Below, piece by piece: positions 17,536-23,123 of a DNA stretch of 27,524 nucleotides. Within the stretch, counting starts at the first letter, position 1, and each line of letters begins with the position of its first letter. The notes under the pieces are model-generated. The model was not told the DNA's origin and made no database searches. It saw only the letters and a program-made list of their open reading frames with translations. The stretch covers positions 1 to 27,524 of the IMG/VR virus record IMGVR_UViG_3300028586_000066. The stretch is one strand, 5' to 3'. Origin of the DNA: a virus. Taxonomy: Duplodnaviria > Caudoviricetes. A program made the position numbers and the translations under genes.

Positions 17536-18081
17536 CTACTTAGACTGTCTTGTCCTGCGTGGCTCTAGAATTTTATCCAGGTCTTTAGATAGATCGTCTG
17601 CATACATACCGAGCAATGCCCAAATTGCCATTGTACGTGTCCGAATGACTATGGCGTGTAAAGCATCTTTCTCTGGATAATGATCATACGAAGGCACCTC
17701 TTTATAGACCCATCTGGCTACAATTTCACTTTTCTTGAAGAAAGCTTCCAGCAGTTTATCGAGGCGTTTGGGTTTATGTCTGTGGCTCATAGCGTTTCTT
17801 AGATTGTTAAGTTCTTTGATTGCAGCCCAAAGATCAGGGTTAGCCTTGCTACCAATGATGGATTTAGCAATTTCTAAAGCGGTGCCAAAGGAAAAGATAT
17901 CGTTTTTCTCAATGGGCCTAGTATAGTCTGCGACTCCAGCGCTAATTACATCATGGAGTCTTTCCTCTACCATTAGGTGAGCCCGAAGTACCGCACTAAG
18001 CAGTTCTTGCTGACGGTCAAAAGCTTGGTGGAAGTGTTCGATTTTTTCTTGCAAATCATCAGCGAACTGCTTGCGCTTCAT
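17536..18081 (-). CDS. AT-rich helical protein with HEPN-like RxxxxH motif
   Basis: VLRAHLMVEERL helix and LNNLRNAMSH motif (R-N-x3-H); low GC; antisense to late transcription. Confidence 0.7.
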   Translation of the reverse strand: MKRKQFADDLQEKIEHFHQAFDRQQELLSAVLRAHLMVEERLHDVISAGVADYTRPIEKNDIFSFGTALEIAKSIIGSKANPDLWAAIKELNNLRNAMSHRHKPKRLDKLLEAFFKKSEIVARWVYKEVPSYDHYPEKDALHAIVIRTRTMAIWALLGMYADDLSKDLDKILEPRRTRQSK

Positions 18082-18169
18082 GGTTCGGTGCGCCTTTGTA
18101 TTTTGTAAACGAGAGACGGCTGTTAATAATCTTACATAGACGATTGCTTAAACGATTAGTGATTACCCT

Positions 18170-18739
18170 TCAATGCCACCAACGCCAGATACGCACCTTG
18201 TTCCGGTAGTTGATCAGTTGCCCAGCGCGACCTGAGAACCGTAACCATAAGAGCTCGAACGCGTACATGGGCAGCGCGGCGCCGAAAGCGGTTTTTGGCG
18301 ATGAAGCGAGCGGACCTTCGCTGATAAGGAAGACCTCTTTCAAACCCAGGGCCAGAACCCAGAAGCCGAACCACAGCACCATGATCACAAAGCAGGCGTG
18401 GCCCCGACTAACTTCACGTTGAATCCAGGCACTGTCAAACCGATGCTTGCGAATCCACCTGTTGTGCCGCAGTAGATAACGCCGAACGGCACGGCGCAGC
18501 AACCACGCGTCATCGCGTCGTGCGATTCGCTTAGCCGCAGTCATGCGACCGTTCGAAATGGTAGAGCTTGTTTCCGGCTTATTACGAGTGGTCAGCCATT
18601 TCGATATTTTCTGTCTCGCACGCTGTGAATAGCGCAGGGCGGCAAGGGCAAGGACAACCAAGAACCAGCGAGCTACCTCGGTGGCGCCAATGTTTACAAG
18701 CCAGGTCCAGAAGGCGCCTGGTGATGCCAGAAAGTCCAT
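18170..18739 (-). CDS. Arg/Trp-rich membrane protein (about 3 TM)
   Basis: GGGAG RBS before ATG 18739; hydrophobic segments WFLVVLALAAL, CFVIMVLWFGFWVLALGL and AFGAALPMYAFELLWL. Confidence 0.75.
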   Translation of the reverse strand: MDFLASPGAFWTWLVNIGATEVARWFLVVLALAALRYSQRARQKISKWLTTRNKPETSSTISNGRMTAAKRIARRDDAWLLRRAVRRYLLRHNRWIRKHRFDSAWIQREVSRGHACFVIMVLWFGFWVLALGLKEVFLISEGPLASSPKTAFGAALPMYAFELLWLRFSGRAGQLINYRNKVRIWRWWH

Positions 18740-18795
18740 ATTCACTCCCGCGTTTCAGGCGGGCGAACCTACTACCCATCGTCGTCGGTAGGAAG

Positions 18796-18811
18796 CTGGA
18801 ATTTCATACAG
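18796..18811. promoter_or_regulatory. LexA (SOS) box-like site between divergent genes
   Basis: CTGGAATTTCATACAG (reverse complement CTGTATGAAATTCCAG) fits CTG-N10-CAG. Confidence 0.5.
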
Positions 18812-18813
18812 CG

Positions 18814-18841
18814 TTGCGGGCTCTGCAGATCAGTCTATGAT
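18814..18841 (+). promoter_or_regulatory. Putative sigma70 promoter for the DUF4236 gene
   Basis: TTGCGG, 16 nt, TATGAT. Confidence 0.45.
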
Positions 18842-18878
18842 GGCGAATTGCTTTCACTAGGTCTGAGGGAACAGGGCC

Positions 18879-19193
18879 ATGGCACTCCGTATCAGGAAGA
18901 GCATCAAAATTGCGCCCGGCATTCGTCTGAACGTCGGAAAGAAAGGCCTCAGTACTTCGCTTGGCGGCAAGGGCTTTACAGTCAACGTAGGAAAGAAAGG
19001 AACCCGCGTGACAACCGGCATACCTGGCAGTGGGATTTCCGCCAGCCATCTGTTCAAGGCAAAGCAAACTCCTGCGCGCGGCCAGCGTAATGCGGTTGGC
19101 ATGCATAGGCCCCACAAAGAGTGGAAGGGCTGGCAGATAACTCTAGTTCTCGCATCGACGTTCATAGTGCTCTGGCTTGTGACAAGGCCATGA
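18879..19193 (+). CDS. DUF4236 domain protein with C-terminal TM
   Basis: MALRIRKSIKIAPGIRLNVGKKGLSTSLGGKG...TTGIPGSGIS signature; ITLVLASTFIVLWLV tail. Confidence 0.85.
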   Translation: MALRIRKSIKIAPGIRLNVGKKGLSTSLGGKGFTVNVGKKGTRVTTGIPGSGISASHLFKAKQTPARGQRNAVGMHRPHKEWKGWQITLVLASTFIVLWLVTRP

Positions 19194-19248
19194 CAGTTAT
19201 TTCAATGTGGAGCCCACTAGTGATAGTGCCTGTGAGGGGCTAATTGGA

Positions 19249-19857
19249 ATGGATTTTATCAATTCTCAATTCATGTCGATCATGAATAATCTTATGCCGG
19301 GCTTTATAACCTCGGTGATTTTTTATTGGTTATCGATCTCTCCTAAGCCAAGTCAGTTTGAGCGCATCATCTATGCAATAATTTGCAGCGCATTTATCAG
19401 CCTCTTGGTTGGTCAGTTATCTCATTTATTGATTTGGATAGGCGGCTGGTACAGTTTTGGTAAATGGAGCGAAGGTGCTGAACTTCTTTGGTCTGTAATA
19501 TTTGCATTTAGTATCGGACTTTGCCTAGCGAGATGTGAAGTCACCAACTCTCTATATGATCTCGCTAAAAACCTCGGCTTAACTTCTAGAGACGCTGTAC
19601 TGACGTTCGAATGGGAGTATGCGTTCACAAGGTATGCTGAGAGCCCTGTTGTACTTAATCTGCTTGATGGTCGGCGGCTTATGGGGTTTCCAAAAGCCTG
19701 GCCCAACAATCATTTGACTGGGCATTTTCTGATAGAGCAAGCATCTTGGCTGGATGGCGAGACTGTCATCCCGTGCGATGGCATATCGGCTATACTCATC
19801 GGGAACTGCGATGTGCAGTGGGTCGAATTCCTAGGTGACCCACAGGAGACATTATGA
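19249..19857 (+). CDS. DUF6338-like membrane protein
   Basis: LMPGF; three TM segments; EWEYAF...VVLNLLDGRRLMG.P..WP...GHFLI...W...ILI...VQWVEF; low GC. Start may be 19207 or 19249. Confidence 0.75.
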   Translation: MDFINSQFMSIMNNLMPGFITSVIFYWLSISPKPSQFERIIYAIICSAFISLLVGQLSHLLIWIGGWYSFGKWSEGAELLWSVIFAFSIGLCLARCEVTNSLYDLAKNLGLTSRDAVLTFEWEYAFTRYAESPVVLNLLDGRRLMGFPKAWPNNHLTGHFLIEQASWLDGETVIPCDGISAILIGNCDVQWVEFLGDPQETL

Positions 19858-20033
19858 GCTCAAGAATCATTAGGCCACCTACGGTGCAACAGGGGCGAGT
19901 TTCGGAAGAGGGATTTAACATCAACCGTTCACCAAGCAGCGCCATTAATATCAAAGCGCCGAAGCCTCCGCCGCCGCCTAGTCGTAGGGGTGGTCGCGAT
20001 AGGCGCGATGATCGGCCCTCCCTAGACGACTAA
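19854..20033 (+). CDS. 59-aa proline/arginine-rich peptide, absent from the ORF track
   Basis: AGGAG RBS at 19844-19848; ATGA overlap with the DUF6338-like stop; MSSRIIRPPTVQQGRVSEEGFNINRSPSSAINIKAPKPPPPPSRRGGRDRRDDRPSLDD; ends just before a terminator. Confidence 0.7.
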   Translation: MSSRIIRPPTVQQGRVSEEGFNINRSPSSAINIKAPKPPPPPSRRGGRDRRDDRPSLDD

Positions 20034-20045
20034 TCGATCACTAAT

Positions 20046-20068
20046 AAACCCCGCATTGCGGGGTTTTT
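20046..20068. terminator. Probably bidirectional terminator
   Basis: AAACCCCGC-att-GCGGGGTTTTT between convergent genes. Confidence 0.8.
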
Positions 20069-20081
20069 CGTATGGCTGCAA

Positions 20082-20333
20082 TCAATCCACCTTAGGGATA
20101 TCTTTTTCGTGCAGCCCGGACAGGAACCACCGCAAAGCAATGGTGTGCTGATCCTGCTCGTCCAGCGGTTTTTCGCCGCCTGGGAAAAGCGAAATGAGCT
20201 TCTCAGTCTCACTTATCAGCCCTTTGGTGCTGATCGCAGGATCCGCTTTCAAGGTCTTGCCGACCAGCATGAGCGTGGTCAGTACGCCAAGTTTGAAGGG
20301 GTCTTTCATCGCATCTTCATCGGTGTGAGTCAT
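20082..20333 (-). CDS. Hypothetical protein (83 aa, MTHTDEDAMKDPFKLG...)
   Basis: GGAG RBS 7 nt before ATG 20333; ends near the terminator. Confidence 0.65.
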   Translation of the reverse strand: MTHTDEDAMKDPFKLGVLTTLMLVGKTLKADPAISTKGLISETEKLISLFPGGEKPLDEQDQHTIALRWFLSGLHEKDIPKVD

Positions 20334-20400
20334 CGCTTGCTCCAGGTGTAGGTTGAGCCTGAAGCGTAGTTCAGCGGCCTGAGCCTGCAATGACGACCCC

Positions 20401-20429
20401 TTGACCGCCACCCTAACCAAGTGCATAGT
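20401..20429 (+). promoter_or_regulatory. Sigma70 promoter of the c4-antirepressor unit
   Basis: TTGACC, 17 nt, CATAGT. Confidence 0.65.
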
Positions 20430-20522
20430 TCACCCGCCTCTGCGAATTCAGAGGTCGGGCTTGGTAACCCGGAATGATCGTAGGCGCACGACGCCGAATA
20501 GGCGTTTTTTTGTGCCCGCTTT

Positions 20523-20604
20523 ATGGCGGGCCGTGCGTGGGAGTCCTTCGGGGCTGCCGGGTTCCTACGTCCCCGGTTTACCAACCCGCGCACGGTTCGC
20601 CACC
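20523..20604 (+). ncRNA. c4-type antisense RNA (P1/P7 C4, P4 CI family)
   Basis: Long closing stem TGGCGGGCCGTGCGTGGG / CCCGCGCACGGTTCGCCA; internal cUUCGg hairpin; CCGGG..CCCGG hairpin with loop CCTACG; TTACCAA complementary to TTGGTAA at 20461 and 20612; upstream of an antirepressor. Confidence 0.8.
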
Positions 20605-20655
20605 CTTTCGCTTGGTAACGATGGTGGTGAACCCTCAACGACTAGGGTGACCAGC

Positions 20656-21534
20656 ATGCAAGCCACTGCTCAAGTAATTCCGTTCCGCTTCGAAGCCCGC
20701 GAGATTCGCACCATGCTGATTGATGATCAGCCATGGTTCTGTGCCGCTGACATATGCGCCGTGTTGGGCTACTCAAATAGCCGCCAGGCAATACAGAAGA
20801 ACTGCCGGCCAGAGGGTGTATCTGTCAGAGACACCCCTACTCGGGGGGGCAATCAGGCCATGACTTTCATCTCCGAAGGGAGCCTCTACCGGCTGATTTT
20901 GAAAAGCAGGAAGGAAGAAGCGATTCGTTTCGAGGATTGGGTTTGCGACGAGGTGCTCCCCGGCATCCGCAATCAAGGTCGGTACGAAGACGAGCAAGGC
21001 AAGATGGCCACCCTGATCGGTGAGACGATCGGCACCGATGGTTTCCACATGCTGGGTGCGCTGATCAAAGGCAAGGTGTGCAACCTGCCTGCTGCGGTGC
21101 AGGGGCGAGCCCGCGCCAAGATCTGGTCGCAGACTCACGCTGCATTCGGCGTGCGCTCGGCAGCAGACATTCCAGCCAGTCAGTTGGACAGTGCCCGCAA
21201 CTTCATCGCGGCATACAACGTGCTGGACGGCGAGTACATCGGCCGCGACACGGCAACAGCCGAGCAGCGGCCACGCCTCACCAGCACCCGCCAGCGTCTG
21301 TTGGTATGGCTGGACCGCGACGGTGTAGAGCGCTGGAAGGAAGTGCCGACAAATGCCAGCGTGCTGACAAACCAGGAATTCATCCGCGCCATTCTGGTTG
21401 ACGGTGACATGCCTCTGAGCACCGACGAGATGTTCCAAGTCGCTCAACTGGCCATGGGTAACTTGCATAATCGGAGCAAGGTGATGGCCGCGCAGCTGAA
21501 GCAAGGCGATTTATCTCCGAGGAACCGACTATGA
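20656..21534 (+). CDS. Bro-N domain antirepressor
   Basis: PFRFEAREIRTMLIDDQPWFCAADIC...ISEGSLYRLILKSRKEEAIRFEDWVCDEVLPGIR; start set at ATG 20656. Confidence 0.9.
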   Translation: MQATAQVIPFRFEAREIRTMLIDDQPWFCAADICAVLGYSNSRQAIQKNCRPEGVSVRDTPTRGGNQAMTFISEGSLYRLILKSRKEEAIRFEDWVCDEVLPGIRNQGRYEDEQGKMATLIGETIGTDGFHMLGALIKGKVCNLPAAVQGRARAKIWSQTHAAFGVRSAADIPASQLDSARNFIAAYNVLDGEYIGRDTATAEQRPRLTSTRQRLLVWLDRDGVERWKEVPTNASVLTNQEFIRAILVDGDMPLSTDEMFQVAQLAMGNLHNRSKVMAAQLKQGDLSPRNRL

Positions 21535-21582
21535 GCAAGGGGTGCAACTCGCCACTTCGCTGCTCGGACTCTGCCGGCTGCG

Positions 21583-22056
21583 CTATTGGCGCCTGACCTT
21601 GAAAATGGTTACTTCAAGGGTGACACCCAGGCTCGGCTTATCTGATGTCCCGCCATTTACGCTTTCGACAACGGCGTAAAGGGCGAGTCGGCCAGAGTCG
21701 ATGCTCGCTGCATGCCTGCTGGCGACATCGCTTTTTAGATAGCCGATCTGATTGTCTGCTACGTAGACAGCGATCGCGTTTGAATCGAATCTATTATTCG
21801 GCTCACGCTCCAGGTGGGCATGAATGCCCGCTTTGGCGTGACGCTTTATTATCGACTGCCTGGTTTGCCCATCGTCGTTGGCGAAGCTCTCGCCCACGAC
21901 AGCGCAGTAGAAGCTCTCCTGAGCATCATCCGGACGCAGGCGGACTATTCGCTTACCAGAATTTTGGCGTGTGAAACGCGCCTTCAGCTGACGCGAAATG
22001 GCGTAAATGAGAGTCACGACGACAATGAAAATTATGAGCTGTGTGAGTAGTGGCAT
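21583..22056 (-). CDS. Membrane-anchored HIRAN domain protein
   Basis: N-terminal TM LIIFIVVVTLIYAI; VVGESF, LEREPNNRFDSNAIAVY and IGYL HIRAN motifs. Confidence 0.85.
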   Translation of the reverse strand: MPLLTQLIIFIVVVTLIYAISRQLKARFTRQNSGKRIVRLRPDDAQESFYCAVVGESFANDDGQTRQSIIKRHAKAGIHAHLEREPNNRFDSNAIAVYVADNQIGYLKSDVASRHAASIDSGRLALYAVVESVNGGTSDKPSLGVTLEVTIFKVRRQ

Positions 22057-22113
22057 AGCCGATCCCTAGCGAATTCACGAGGCATCTTGGCTCCTTACTG
22101 GCATGTCGCCTAT

Positions 22114-22129
22114 CTGGTGATTCATCCAG
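22114..22129. promoter_or_regulatory. Second LexA box-like site between divergent genes
   Basis: CTGGTGATTCATCCAG (reverse complement CTGGATGAATCACCAG) fits CTG-N10-CAG. Confidence 0.45.
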
Positions 22130-22193
22130 CCCTAGTGTTTCTGTTAGCGGAACAAGCTGGTAGATTCCGCCCATTGAATGGGAGGGAAACCAG

Positions 22194-22529
22194 ATGAAGT
22201 GTCCTAATTGCCAATACGATCCGACGATGTCCGAGATTCAACGCAGCCCAGCAGATTGCGTGAGATGCGGTATTCATTACGATGCCTTCTATAAAGATCA
22301 GGCGGTCAAGGCGGCTCATGCGCAAAATGCGCCAGTAGTCGCCGGAGCGCTGGCGGATTATCCGGGCGCAAGGCCCGTCGTGGTTATGGATATCAACATG
22401 AGCTTCGGGTCGATGGTTCGCTTCATGGTGAAGTGGGCGATCGCGTCAATCCCAGCGCTCTTGATCCTTTTCTTGCTCTTGGTTGGGCTCGCCTCAATCT
22501 TCAAGGTTTTAATGATGCTCATTCGGTGA
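22194..22529 (+). CDS. Zn-ribbon protein with C-terminal TM
   Basis: CPNC...CVRC; VVVMDINMSFGSMVRFMVKWAIASIPA plus hydrophobic tail; GGAGGG RBS; extended -10 TGGTAGATT at 22158-22166. Confidence 0.8.
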   Translation: MKCPNCQYDPTMSEIQRSPADCVRCGIHYDAFYKDQAVKAAHAQNAPVVAGALADYPGARPVVVMDINMSFGSMVRFMVKWAIASIPALLILFLLLVGLASIFKVLMMLIR

Positions 22530-22547
22530 GCGAGTCATCAGTCTAAC

Positions 22548-22570
22548 AACCCGCTTCGGCGGGTTTTTTT
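22548..22570 (+). terminator. Intrinsic terminator closing the accessory island
   Basis: AACCCGC-ttcg-GCGGG followed by T7. Confidence 0.88.
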
Positions 22571-22581
22571 ATGGGTGGAAC

Positions 22582-22947
22582 ATGGCAAATCTCAGTCAGT
22601 TGTTTACCGAAACCGAGCCTGTTGAGCTGCACGGCCGAACCGTCTTGGTGCGTGCGGTGGCGCTTCGGCATTTTGAGTTATACGGGAAAACCGCGTCAGC
22701 TCTTGTTGAGGTTCTGGCCAGCGCCTCGGTGCAGAAGATCAACCACTACGCGGCGACACACTCCCGCGAGCTGAGAAAGATGCTTGCCGTAACCACGAGC
22801 CTCAATTCATTTCAGTTGTGGCGCCTGTCAGCGAGTGATGCGGCGCGCCTAGCGGCGGAAGTCGTGCGGGTGAATTCCGGTTTTTTCGCTCAAGCCCTTC
22901 CGGATCTGGCAAGGGCGCTGAATGGAGCACCATCGTCCAGCGACTGA
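22582..22947 (+). CDS. Tail assembly chaperone (gpG-like)
   Basis: Position before the tape measure gene; VVRVNSGFF motif containing a slippery T TTT TTC. Confidence 0.8.
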   Translation: MANLSQLFTETEPVELHGRTVLVRAVALRHFELYGKTASALVEVLASASVQKINHYAATHSRELRKMLAVTTSLNSFQLWRLSASDAARLAAEVVRVNSGFFAQALPDLARALNGAPSSSD

Positions 22948-23123
22948 TCGGCGCGGGGCATGCCCTCCAAGAGGTGGGTAACTACACACTGGCCCAGGTC
23001 GAGGCCTACTTGGATGCAATCGCGGCTGGCGAGAAAGAGCAGCGCCGCTTCCAGTTGATCAGCTTGCGCGCGGCTAAGGCAAAACCCGATACGTTCAAGC
23101 GTCTACTCAAGGAGTTCGACTGA
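22887..23123 (+). CDS. gpT-like extension expressed by -1 frameshift (gpGT = 22582..23123)
   Basis: The -1 frame after the slippery site reads RSSPSGSGKGAEWSTIVQRLIGAGHALQEVGNYTLAQVEAYLDAI...LLKEFD and stops at TGA 23121-23123, overlapping the tape measure ATG. Confidence 0.78.
   Translation, partial: RSSPSGSGKGAEWSTIVQRLIGAGHALQEVGNYTLAQVEAYLDAIAAGEKEQRRFQLISLRAAKAKPDTFKRLLKEFD

Noticed and set aside
20401-20655. 85-aa N-terminal extension of the Bro-N ORF
   Set aside because: The TTG start is the -35 box, and the region is better explained as promoter plus c4-type RNA; Bro-N homology begins after ATG 20656.
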